Origin: Sphagnum compactum
Taxonomy: Eukaryota
Reading direction: 5' to 3'
Assembly: GCA_965153455.1 (NCBI GenBank)
Contig: OZ234493.1
Coordinates: 9,910,213-9,974,212 of the forward strand
DNA length: 64,000 nucleotides
The notes under the pieces: generated by a model
Seen by the model: only the letters and a program-made list of their open reading frames with translations
Told to the model about the DNA's origin: nothing
Databases searched by the model: none
Shown here: positions 14,350 to 27,498 of the stretch, piece after piece
Position numbering within the stretch: position 1 is the stretch's first letter
Layout: every line of letters starts with the position of its first letter
Translations under genes and position numbers: made by a program

Positions 14350-15050
14350 TGTGCCATCCAAACCTATCTCTTCCAAGCCCAACTACTTCAATATTTTCCC
14401 CTACCCACCTACATGGATATGAAAATGCAAATTAACATGTGCCTTGTTATTTATATTCTCCTTTCCCCTCTTCATCTGCATGGATATGAAAGGGAAAATT
14501 AACAAATGCACTTTCATGTGCATTTTATGTATATTAAAATAATTTATTAACCTACCTTTTTCAAGCATGTCTACTTAACACCTTTCCCTTGCAATTTTGA
14601 AATATGGAATTTAAATAAACATGAACTATTGGGATCCATATAGGAACATAATCTCAAAGAAAAAAAGGGGGGAGAAAGGGGAGGAAAATTTTGTTCAGTT
14701 TAGAACCTTGCCCTTTGGGCAAAGGCACTACACCCATCTATATGATTTAAAATAATGATGTGCATGTTAATGATCCATGTCAATCAAACCTACCTTTTGC
14801 AAGCCTAATTACTTCATTCCTTTCCTATATCCACATACATGGACATCAAAAGACACATTTAATTTGTCTTTTCATATCCATGTTATCTATATTAGATTTA
14901 ATAACTTGCCTCTTGCAAGCCAATATATTTATCCCTTTTCCCAACAATTTTGAAATATGGCATAAATAATGATAAACTATTGGGAATTACCATACGGGAA
15001 TTGTGTAGAAGAAAAAAAGGAGGGAAGGATTTTGCCTAGTTTGAACTACA
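14350..15050. repeat. Diverged direct repeat (about 14350-14710 and 14775-15050)
   Basis: Shared colinear blocks: caaaccta..caagcc.aa.tacttca, tacatgga, caattttgaaatatgg, aactattggga, and an A/G-rich tract. Confidence 0.6.
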
Positions 15051-18000
15051 TATGTACCTAATTAACTTTTAAATTATGTCGCACGATTGTAATCACTAAT
15101 TCACACATGGGTTCACATCACATCACCTTAACAGCCACTCATTAAAACAACACTTACTGTTGGCACCAAGCAATTATCATTGCTTGCATGATGTTGTTTG
15201 TGTGTGAATGTGTGAAGATTAACAATGATGATCAACAATAATTTGATCACTCCGTATTATGCACATAGTTATTGAAGATCAAAACAAATTTATGAATTTC
15301 ACAAATTCTTAAAAGATCAATAATTGTGTAAGGTACACACTCACACATCTAATTTGAATTCAAGGTGTCATATACTCATGATGTGTGGAGTTAAAGGAGT
15401 CCTTTAGGTATACGTAAAAATATTTTGAATCCCCACACATCGCATTGAATAAAACAAAATTAAAAATTGTTCGACAAGTTGTTTACATCATATAAATTCT
15501 TAATCTTGAAAAATTAGATTTAACATTATTAATTTTGAATTTTGCAATTCCTTGACATTCAAATTTTGAATCAAGCAAAATCAACATAGTTTTGAAGTTT
15601 GTAAAGTTGAAAATTAATTGGAATTTGACTATCATAGTTCCACACATGTGTAACAATTTTTGAAAGAATGTTCACCAATTTCCAAATTGGAATTTTCAAA
15701 AGAGTTGAATGTAACCAAATTTTAGTTATTAGGCTTCCAATTGTCTTCACATGAGCAATAATTTTTTTAAAATATTCATCATTTCCTCCATAAAGGACTT
15801 TTCTCAAACTTATATATGGAGTTTAAACACTTCACATATGTTTCAATCATGATGGTAAGATTCGAAGTAAATATTTTAATTATAGATTGAATACATCTTT
15901 ATTTTTTTAATTGTTGCACACAAGATATCAATGATCATGTTGGTGGGGCAATAGTTGGAAGGGCAAGCATATATATTTGGGCAACATTTCAAATACATTG
16001 TAAAATAAACAAAAGTAGAATGAAGAAAAAAAGCATATTGGGAATTTATACATGAAAGTAAAGACAATACCATGGATCTATGGAAACTCTGAAGTTTAAC
16101 TATTATATCAAGTTTTTATTCCTTGTGGTAAATTCATAATCACATTTTAAAGCAAGTTTCATTATTCAAATACCATGAATTTTAAATGAAATCACACATT
16201 TCAAGTCATTGTGTTTTACTATGTATGGCTAAGTTTTTAATATATCAAAATTTGAATGACAAATTTGCAACCTAGTTGAACTATAGCCAAGGGATATATG
16301 AAGAATGAAATTTGTCAAAAGGTTTCAATATTTCACTATATCATCACATATAATATTCATTTGGCAATCCTACATTGGAAAATCAATAATGACTCCATTG
16401 TGGATGATCAAATCAGATCTTGTGATTTTTTAATAAATGTTTTTTTTCAATGTCATGTACATTGTTCATGGTTACCTTTAATTGGTTTGTCATTTTGAAG
16501 TTGAAGGGAAAATTGAAGAGTTTTGCATTACTTTTTCAATAGAATACATTCCCAATAACTTTATTAGAAGTTCAAAATGCATTAATGCATTCAAACAATG
16601 TCAAGCATGTAAAAATCATTTAGCCAAAAATCAAACTTGCAAATTTAGGAAGCCCACAAATGTATTACGTTTATTTTGATATGGTTAAAATTTCACAGTT
16701 GGGGTTTAACTAGATCCAACTAGACAAAATCATGATAATGAACTAAAGTAATTAGTTAGGTTTCTTTTCATGGAATGGAGTAACATTAGTTGGCATTGGC
16801 AAGTTTGATGTTGACATAATGCTTTGGGCCCATCCAAACACATTTATCACATTGTAACGTCCATCAACTCACAACCCAATTTGATGTCTTTTTCAAGAAT
16901 TTTTATGTGTAGCCAAAGTGACAATCATCCATGAAAAGACATTTAAAAAATGATGGTCATCCCTAAAAAGATTTAGTCAAATCTAGCTAAAAACCAAATA
17001 TGAAATACAAATGTTCAATAATCCTTTGTAAGTTTTGGCTACACAATGAAAACCAAATATAAAGATTTAGTGATTTTACTTTTTATTTTCTTCATTTCTA
17101 GCTATTGAAAACCTCATAAATCACTTCATTTTTGAATTTTTTGAATTTGCAATTTCACTTGTCGTCAAAATTTCGACCATAAAAAAAAGGTTGCATACTA
17201 CAACAAGTTTAGGATTTAAAGTTGGCAAAATGTTAAAATTTCATCTATATATTACATTTTTTTACAAATGGCATTTAAGCCACCCAATTTGCAAGAATTG
17301 AAATATTAAAGGAATTTCCACTTTACAAAAGAATAACATGTCCCATCCCATGGTAAAAAGGATGGATTTTGAAGCAAGTGACATTGTAAATTTACCTTGC
17401 ATATTAAAAAATAAAATTGTAGATTTAAGTATTGCAAGCACTAAGTCACAACATTTGTAATCCTCACCTTTGTGTTGCATGGTGAAGGTGGGGGGTGTGA
17501 AAGTAAAGGGGAAGGCATCGTTAGTTTATCTTTGACATATTTCATAATTCACTTATAATAATCATCGTGAATAGCAGTGAAAAATTTGGTGTTGAACTAG
17601 CACTATTGTTTCATGGTAATGCACATTTTTATGGCAATGCATCTTGTCTATTGGTGTTCAATTGAACATATTAAAATGTCAATAAAATAAACCAAAAAAA
17701 TCAAAAAAGAAAAGCACACATTGGTGGTTATTTCACATGTAATTTCATTTTGTTAAGACCCCTAGACCAACCAAGGGTTTTTTATAAATTTGGGGCATGA
17801 CCTTTTTGCAAAATAAATTTCATTGAATTTCCTAATTGTTCACATTACACAAAAATTGATGAACTTGAAATGCTTTCAATCTCATTTAAGACCTCATGAT
17901 TTGAAATTCATTTTCATGATTTGAACATAATCATTTTTTCAAATGACATTTGGTCTTCAATATGCAAACAAGACTAACCTAGTCATTAAGAACAATACTT

Positions 18001-19529
18001 GAGGAAAAGAGGGGGAAGAGGAATACCTTACACAAAGACGGCAAGTCATGTCCTATTTGTAGAATCTATTTAGATGTATTGAAATTTCTTACTGTAAGGA
18101 TGACAAACATTTTGAAAGTGTAGTGGAGTCAAAAGGAATTCTAGGAAGAAGATGTTCATACATTTACTTAGGATATAGAAATGCAATGGAAGAGGTGACG
18201 CTAAAACGCAACCACAACCTAAAGAATCAACAATGTTATGGTGAACTTTAATGGTTAAATTGAGATGTAAAATGCCCATTTAGGTGAAGAGAAGGAAAAG
18301 AGGCATGTTCATCACTTTTACCTACAAAGGACTACATATGACATGTGCAAGTTTAAGCACAACACAAATGTGACTTGCAAAATCTTAAACATAACCACAA
18401 GATGAAGAGCCATGTTTTTGCCTTGGACCTAAATGAATTGTGTTCATATTAAGAGGATGAGGCCTTTAACAACAAAGAGAGCATGCAATTTTATCTTATG
18501 CATTATGGAAATGGATAGGAAAGCACCAGTTCCAAATGTGTGAAAGGAGGAAATTTTGTACATCGTAATTTTCTTGCCTCTATGGCTTTTGGACCTTAGT
18601 ACTGAATCCTCTTGACATTGTTGAAAGAAAAACATGATGGATAAGAAGAAATGAAAGGTAAGAAAAAACAATAAAATAAGAAAAGAACACAACAACTACT
18701 TATTAGGGTGAGGGCATGGAAAGGAAACAAAAGAAGATGGTATTTCAAAATTCAAAACTAAATTGAAATAATTTTGGACATAATCATAAAAAAATATATT
18801 CAATGCTTACTCTGCCATAGCTCATCCTAGCCTTCATGTACTTTAGAGATCCTTTTGTTGTAATTCTTGCCCATGTGACATTGGAATCCATGTTCCACAT
18901 GGAGAAAGAGGGTGGGTTTTGAAACAAGTGATATAAAACCTTACCTTAAATTTTTTTTGATATATATGAATATTGGAAGCATCAAACCATGACAATTGAG
19001 AAACCTCATCCTTGTCTCACATGGAGAAGGGGGCATGGGGTTTGAAAGAAGTGAAATAACCCCTAATTCATAGATATATAGATATCACAAATTGAAATAT
19101 TGCAAGCATTAAACCATGAAAAGGAAAACCCAACATGCCCTCCCTTGCACAATTGATATTAATAGATACAAGTGTTTAAACAAAAGCAAATTCAATAAAA
19201 AATCAATTGATTTCATTTGGAAGGTAGAGGTTGAACAAATTTTATGAATATTATACAAAATATATCCACATGTAAAACAAATAACTTACAATTGTCATGT
19301 TAACATTTATGGCTAATGGCATCTAGGGGGTTTTATTCAACATGCCCCATTATTCACCAAGGGCAAATTTGGTGTTATGATTGTTTGATAATAACAAAAA
19401 CTCCATTGTGTATATTAATGTATAATTGAACATATAAAAATGCTAATAAAATAATTGACAATATTTCACAAGAAAAAATCAAATCAAGTTATGTTTAAAA
19501 GACATATTGCATTTCCAACTTATTTTAAG

Positions 19530-19740
19530 TTTCTGAAATATGAAATAAAAACACATACCATTGATGTGCAAAGAAAAAAAATATGTTTCACATAATGTAT
19601 TATTTTAGGTTGTATTTAAGTCCATTTTCAAATTGGAGTTTTTGAAATATGAAATAAAAACACACACCATTAATGTGCAAAGCACAAAAGTATGTTTCAT
19701 GTGATGTATTATTCCTCTTTATTTTAGGTTGTATTTATGT
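19530..19740. repeat. Two tandem copies of a ~110-bp unit
   Basis: tgaaatatgaaataaaaacaca.accatt.atgtgcaaag...tatgtttca...atgtattatt...ttttaggttgtattta occurs twice. Confidence 0.8.
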
Positions 19741-22700
19741 TCCTCAACATGAATTTGATTTGCTAAAATTCAGTTTTGCATGGACCATGGGCAAAATCAT
19801 TTTATCAAGAGTTAATGGTGCAATGAATAACAACTATGGCACATTTTAAAGGGGAGAAAGACAATTTTACTTGTGCAAGTGGTATTGCAAACATGAACAC
19901 ATGTGAAATTTCAAACATCCTATCCAAAAAATCTATGAAATTAGGTTGAAACCAATCAATACCCTTGAAATACATTTAAAACATATTTATAATGGCAAAT
20001 GGTAGTAAAATCCAAATAGGTTTAAAGACTTTAAAAACATTTGTAAGAGTAACAAATCTAGACTATTGTGCATTGAATGTTTTTATATGAATAATAAAAA
20101 AAGGTAAGTTTTTTATTGTCATCCAATGATTTTCAAATTTTGCATTTTAGAAATTTACATTTTTAATAGGTTTTTAAGAATGCAAGTAGTCTATTTTATT
20201 TGTAACTTGTAGCATTCGTTTGAATTATGTATCGCTTGTGTGTTCTAAAAACAATACATGAATCTTAAGAATTGAAATGTAGTTTTATTTGGTGGACAAG
20301 GTTTCTATATGAATGAATATTCATTTCAATAAATTTTTGTGGAATTCCAAAATAAATTTCATTTTTCATTTATGGTTATAAGAACTTTGGTAAGTAGTTG
20401 TTGATGAGTTTTTAAAATTTCAAATGTCTTTTATTCTATGAAAAACTGAACCATTCATTTTCAAAATGCATGGAAGCCCATATAGTGATGATAATGAGGG
20501 CCTAAATCAAAAGAAACTTGAATTATGTTCTAATGTGATGATACATTGATGTATTTTGAACATGCTTAATTTTGAACCCTAAAACTACATAATTTGAAAA
20601 CCTTCCGTGAAAAAGTGTTATTTGTTATATAAAAAAAGGCTACTAGATTGCATTTTCGTGAAAATTGGATGTGTTATTATGCTTGTTTATATGTGTTATT
20701 GATATTTGATTTTGAATTGCATGGTTAATTATCAATTTGTGATATTTAATGTAGAATTTGGTACCATAAAAAATAGTTTATTAGTAAATACATGTTATTT
20801 GTTACTTCGACATTAATTTGCATAAACATTGAAACACACTATGCCAAATTGTGGTATGAAACATTGACATTTAATAACACTTTGGAATTAAAGGATTTAA
20901 ATGGATGACAAATATAGTATGAATATGTTTCCATCTAATTTCGAAGGAAACTTTGTTTAGTACATAGAAGCTAGATGAGACCTCTGTTATAAAAAACACT
21001 ATAGCCTTGACTTGGGTGGTTTCTTTTATTATATTTCGATGCAAGTGGGCCAATATAAAATACTTAGAAGATGTATTTCATATATGCACATCAAATTATT
21101 ATAGATTTTTTTATACAAATTAAATTGTTCTATCATAATAATTTTGTATAATATGTTTGAGATCTAATTACCTTCTACATGACAAGTATTTGGTGTTTCT
21201 TTAATACTACCAAAATACTATTTGAATTCATATGGATGGAAATATTTCAAAATTTTTGTGATGTGTTTGTTCCATATTACAAGATTATACTTTTACATTT
21301 TCATTATCACACATTTACCATTGTTGTATATGATTTTTTTACCATCAATGCTATTCTTTTCTTATTGGGGCCATCAACAAGTTCAGCCATAAACTTCAAA
21401 AAAAAAAACAAAAAATAAGTTGCTTGTTGTCTACTAAAATTGTTATTCAGGTATGCCCAAATGAACAAAACAGATTGAAAGATGACAAGTTAAACACTAA
21501 CTAAGTATAGAAGTTAGTTATCAAACACCTTGAATTAGATCACAAAAAACTTATAAAAACATGTAGTTTTATTTGTTATCCAAAAATAGAACAAAAACTT
21601 TTTGAAACATCAAAAGATAAAAAATAACAACATATTCAAAAATTTCAGCCCTTCCTATATTGTAGAATTAATGGCCTTGTTGACTACTTCTTAAAGTCAT
21701 TAAAACACATATTCAACTCCCAAAGGTCATAAGCTATTTAACTATTTGAACACATTTTTTATGATTGCTAAAAACATAACTCTCATTCAACTTGATAACT
21801 CCATTAATTGAACCAAGGAAACCACTAAAAATACATGAACACGTCGAAAACTTATAAGTACTTAAATTAAAAGGTGGTGCCTAAGCTTTAGAATCAAGAA
21901 GATGGCTTGGCTCATCACTGACAAAATATCTACTCCTTTGTCATACCCTGCAATGACATTAGCCAATTGTTTATGCAATTTTGGACTAGGCCTCAAAGCA
22001 ACAATCTTTATTAAAAAGATTACCTATAAATTTCCCACATATACAGAAACATTCTCAATCAATTCACAAGCCATCTTCTAGGTGGTTTCATTTATAGATA
22101 ATTGAAGAAGTTGAATTGATTAAAATAGGAGAAAAAACCCAAGTGATTAATAACCCATGTATTTCAATTATAGTGAAAATGTGTGTTCATTATAACTTGA
22201 TTCACTTTTTGAACTTTTGTAATCCATGGGAAATAAAATAACTTAATATGTTATTCTTGGACCCATTTCAAGCTTTGGTAGATTCTGAAATTTAGTTATG
22301 TCATTTCGCTCATTTAAAAAGCCACCACTCAATAGTATTTCTTCAAATGAAATTCACATTACACAATTAAATCAATGTAAACAAGCGTCAAGAAAAAACA
22401 CCAACAAATTTGTCAGTTTCAATATCCTAAATTTGGAATGAAGTGTACAAAAACATTGTTACTTTTAAATGAAAAATATCATACTTTGTAATTACATGAT
22501 GTAGAAATTCAAATTATAATAAACTTATGAACATGGGTTTAAGCACAAAAATTTCATTTCATGACTTCTTTGTAGAATTTAAACAAATAGATGAAATTTA
22601 CTTGCATTGCAATGTACACTATGTAAACCAACATTATTTTAAAGCATAAACTAAGTTATATATGTACAATTGTATTTAACATACATGTTGGGCTTCTATT

Positions 22701-24464
22701 TGAAGCAAATACAAATGCATAATTCACTTTAAACTGATATACTGATGTTGTTTATTACACTTTTCACTTAACAAAAGTAAATAAATTTGTTACACAAGAA
22801 ATATAATATTTATTACATGTATTATTACAAATGCAAAATTGAACAAACTAAAGCATGTAAAAGAATCAAAATGTTAGGAAATGCATTTCTTAATGCACAA
22901 TAAATGTTGATTCGACAAGTAGTATACATCATTATTCATCACACTTTATCATTCAATTTTTATTAGGCAATTAATCAAATAAATATAATTTAGTTATGAA
23001 TTTCCGAAGGTAATTAAGGAATGTGATTCCTGAAAGGGCCATCACTATTAGGAATAAAAAAATTTAAAAAATATATTTTTTATTCCAAAATAAACTATAG
23101 GCCATATGTTAATGCATGCAATGAATAAATATGAGAAAAAAAAATTATAGTGTGAAAGCATTTAAAAGAAAGGGCCCAAGAAAATGATTTGGCCATTTTT
23201 GGTTTCGTAACCTTTCTTTGAAGTGGTACCACCCAATGATGGGTTTGCCTAATAACAAACAAAGAATCATGGTAGATAACATCTTAGATAAAAAAACAAA
23301 GACTCATCAAAACCTTTGCATCTTTTTCTAACAAGAGGTGCATGCATAGGGAAAATATTCACGTTCATATGTATCATGCAAAACATGCTACAATATTATA
23401 TAATATAAATGTCAAATGTTAACCCTTTAAAATCTAGAATTATGAAATTAACATATATATACATGGAAAGTTGCATTCAACATCAATGGCACAACAATAT
23501 ATTCTACACTGGCCATTCTATTAAACAAAAATTACAATGGACTCAAAGCATTAAGTGATGAAAAATGAAACATTTAATAAAAACTTGTAATCAATTACAA
23601 ATGTTAATAATAATTGAAATATCTTTAGTAGGTAATAGAATGTTAACATTCATTGATTGTAGATTAGGTGATATAAAATAAACACCCAAGGAATTTATGG
23701 GTGTCCTTGATGTTATAATGAAAAGGGATTTTTACCAAACTTCACCAATCCAAGACTCATGGATTTTCAAATCAAGAACTAATGGACTTAATATCCTTGG
23801 AACAAATTTTTGGCAAGAAAACATAAAATGTTATGAACTAAAACAGGCCATGTGCCAAAATGATCTCGAATTCATTAACATTTTAAATAGGTTTTGAATA
23901 ACATCATAGACTTCTGACAATATCAATTTTATTAATAAAATTTGTTTGAAATCACCACCAATAGATAATGGTTTGCCACATTTATTTTACACAAATGTGA
24001 AAATAATTGAACATAACAAAACCATATTTCAAAACACATGTATTGGTTCAAACATCCACATTTCATGCCAAATAAATTCATATAAAAACATGTCATTTTC
24101 ATTTCAAATTGCCAATGATACTAAGCCAAACAACTAGCTTCCACCATTAATAAATAATTTTGAAAAATATGTTAGTCAAATTATGTGAAGGGAACTATGT
24201 AACATTAGATGATCTTGTAAATGTTGTAGACAAGATTTTTGAAGATTATACAATAACCCCTTCACAACCATTCATATGGATACATTTCCAAAATCTTCAA
24301 ATTGAAATCAACACAAAATTTGAAAATTCACAGACATACAATAAATTCTTTAGATTTGACAAAAATTGGACACCAATTGAACAAAAAACTATTGAAAGAC
24401 AAATAGGTAGCAATCTTTTCCATATCACCACAAAAATCCAATTCCCTATTCAAGTAGTTATAGG

Positions 24465-26227
24465 GGGCATATTCATAATTAGGGTACCCAAAAGGACGGT
24501 CTAACGAAAAAAAGACTACAAAGGACTATTTTGGATTTTTATTATAGTTATTATTTCATGATTATAGTGGATTGGTATATGACTACAATTAGAATGATGT
24601 CATGTTAATCTATTAAAAAAATCTAAAAAAAATTAGATATAATATAGATGTCATTTTGAATCTTTCTAAATAAATTAAATCCTTGTCTTAATTATAATTT
24701 TCATCTTAAAAGAATCAAAAAAAATGTATTAAACAATGCAATTGAATTCAATTTTCTTTCATGGATAAGTAATGCATACATCTATATTTGGCAATGTTCA
24801 TATAATGCATTTGATTAAATAATATACAATATAAGAATTTTGAAGGCTATAAAATCCATTTTGCAAAGGCAACAAAGAATTATTTGTGTAGTAGGGTTTG
24901 GTAGGTTTGTGAAACTTTAAAGGAACCATGGCAATTGGTAAATATGGACCATTATTTGGAATTTCCAACATTAAATTTTATCATATTGATATATCATAAT
25001 ATTTTTTAATTAGTTAATTAATTAGATAGGCTATGCAATTTTTCTATTTATAAATTAAACTAGATAATAGGTAATAATTAAGTAACATATATAGTAGGAA
25101 ATGTACATGGGTTAAGTAATAAATAGTAAGGGTAATTAATATGTGATAACTTTTTTGTATAAATTGATTACTTAATTATGTAAACTATGTAATTAATTTA
25201 GCTATTAGGTTAGGTAGTAGGTAGTAAGTACCTAGTAGTTCATATGTATATGGGTTAAATAATAGGTACTTTGTCATGTTGATATCTGATTTAGTTTATA
25301 TTTTTGAAACAACAAAAAAAAACTTGTGTACATTATTGGAAAAAAATTAAAATTAAACTTAAAATCTTGTCATTTGGACAAAATATCAATAGAATATCAA
25401 ATATCAAAAATGATGTTTTGTGTAATGTTTTGAATCAAGTAAATAAAATGCACATTTGTATATTGTCACAAAAAGTGAGGTGGTTTGGTAGTAAAGGAGT
25501 TGATATCCATCCTTGGGGTTCAAGGATCAATTTTTAAAAATGACATGGGTTGTGATCAATGGTGGTAAATTGACCAAATATTCCCTACCTACATAGCTTA
25601 CTAGGCAGATTAGGTGGCTTACATATAATTTAAACTAAACTTTTAGCCTAGCCTAAGTAATGACATGTGTTAACAATTTATAAGTTGAAATTAATGAAAT
25701 TATCAATAATATAATATATATTAAAATAATAATTATATTTTAAACATTTAAAAAATATTTATATGATAATGTGACAACATTGTTTAGTTGTAAAAGTAAT
25801 TGCAAAACAACAATGCCACGTAGGTTTGTTTGGATGGATGAAATGTTCATGTCAGTTACATTTTCATGCGATTGCCATTGCGATTTAGTGCCACATATTG
25901 TTCCATGTATTGTTTTTTGCCACTAAAATTCTATGTGTTGTGTAAGGCGACTGGAATAAATTGTAGTCACATGTGGCATCTACAACTGAAAAAAGTTGAA
26001 AAAACTAGTCATTAATATGCAAATTCCTTGTAGTGTGGCATTTCTAGTTTTTTACCAAAATAATTATGAATAATGCATGTGAAAAGTCACCACCACCATG
26101 AAAATTTGATTTATCCAATATTTTTCATTTAAATTTATTTCATTTAGATTCTGTATTTGAAAGATAACAAAAACAAAATCCTTGAGTCCTGTGCTCAAAA
26201 AGTGGTACCCTGATTGTGAATATGCCT
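24465..26227. mobile_element. TIR DNA transposon with a 4-bp TSD (TAGG), containing a truncated CACTA-like end
   Basis: TIR GGGCATATTCATAATTAGGGTACC / GGTACCCTGATTGTGAATATGCCT. TAGG at 24461-24464 and 26228-26231. Removing it restores the helicase frame QVVIGHIIHCVQGLT. A CACTA end (AAATTCCTTGTAGTG) lies at 26035. Confidence 0.85.
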
Positions 26228-26489
26228 TAGGACACATTATACATTGTGTACAAGGTTTGACTTTTAATTGTCTAGCATTTGATTCATTTGGTGTAACAAA
26301 ACATAGCTTCACATACTTAATGTTACTTCATATTTGTTGAAAGAACACTTAAATTTATTTTTCCCATTATCAATCAATATTTTTTATTTAGATTCCATCA
26401 TTCAACAAGAAAGGTTATGTTTAAAAACAACAACACAATATAAATTAACAATTCATGATTTGTAATCTTATCGAAAACAATTATACTCA

Positions 26490-27125
26490 TGCAATCCCTT
26501 AACACTTGTTTCTTAAATTTAAATTTCCAAAACATCCTTGTAGATCAAAACCTACTTGCATCACATATTTTCTGTTTAAATGAAATGTAAGAATACAAAA
26601 TGTTTGTACATACCAATAAATTCACAACACCATATTAAATAACAAATTTAACATCTTATCAAGTGTTACAATTGACATGGAACAATGATACTTTACAATG
26701 AAATGGTTTCTTTTGTCAAATACAACTTCAATAGCATATTCAAATGTAAAATTCATTGTCACAACCTTCCATGAAAATACACAAGGGGCTATAAATTTAA
26801 TTACAATTTATAGCCCGCCAAAAATGCAAGTACCTTATTTCATTTCCATTTAAAAAACCATTTTCCAAAAAATACCTATGGATTGTCCAACTATAATAAT
26901 TGGCAATTTTAATATAAACATGTTAACAAACACATTACAATCAATGGAGCTACAAAATTCTACGAATAAATATTGTTTACAACTTGTTTTCTTTTGTCAA
27001 CTACTACTTATAACACTCAAATTATCACATATGGACCAATGCACTAATACAACAATGCCATTTTGAATCTACTGAAGTTTATTGGACAAATCATAAACCC
27101 ATACACATTGCATTTAAATTACTAG
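26490..27125 (+). pseudogene. Exo/endo/phosphatase (APE-like) endonuclease domain of the Helitron
   Basis: QSLNT..., SHIFCLNE, TIYSPPK, PTIIIGNFNINML (GDFN), HIWTN and YWTNHKPI (SDH.P) occur in the expected order. Confidence 0.75.
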
Positions 27126-27410
27126 ACTATGCCTCAAAATTTACCCTCCCAAAGAATACAACATGACATCTGTCACATCCATAATTATTTGAAAATGTAT
27201 TATCAAGCTTCAAATTCGAAAATAATACATACAAATAAGTAATAAACAACACATAATTTATTTTTAAAATCCCAATCAAAGCAATAAATCGTAAATATCC
27301 CAAAACTCATTCGTTCAATGGGCAAGGCCTGCGGCTTGTTTTGTATCTGTCAAAAAAAAAGAATAAAGACCCAACAAGAGCAGGAAAACTGGGACGGAAT
27401 GTGAACAAGG

Positions 27411-27498
27411 CATGTAACAAAAATCGTGAAGTTCACAGGAAGATGGGTGAATTCATGTAACAAAAATTGTAAAGTTCACAGGAAGATGGGTGAATTCA
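27411..27498. repeat. 43-bp tandem duplication
   Basis: catgtaacaaaaat(c/t)gt(g/a)aagttcacaggaagatgggtgaatt occurs twice. Confidence 0.9.

Larger units (their letters stand above)
22340..27338 (+). mobile_element. Helitron relic: Rep C-terminus, PIF1 helicase, AP-endonuclease-like domain and 3' terminus; interrupted at 24465-26227
   Basis: Degenerate motifs: RIKMLGNAFLNAQ; FLTRGACIGK (Walker A); AFNINGTTI; IEISLVGNRML (DEIS); GVLDVIMKRDFYQTSPI; QFPIQ..|HIIHCVQGLT. A decayed hairpin ATTCGTTCAATGGGC (27309-27323) is followed by CTTG at 27335-27338. Confidence 0.8.

Noticed and set aside
11700-22300. Short ORFs as genes or an identifiable transposase
   Set aside because: AT-rich, stop-ridden sequence; probably decayed TE interior, but I could not recognise diagnostic motifs.
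25470-25540. tRNA gene or SINE (A/B-box-like ggtggtttggtagtaaag...ggttcaa; similar sequence near 3640-3680)
   Set aside because: No cloverleaf can be drawn; it is degenerate sequence inside CACTA-like elements.
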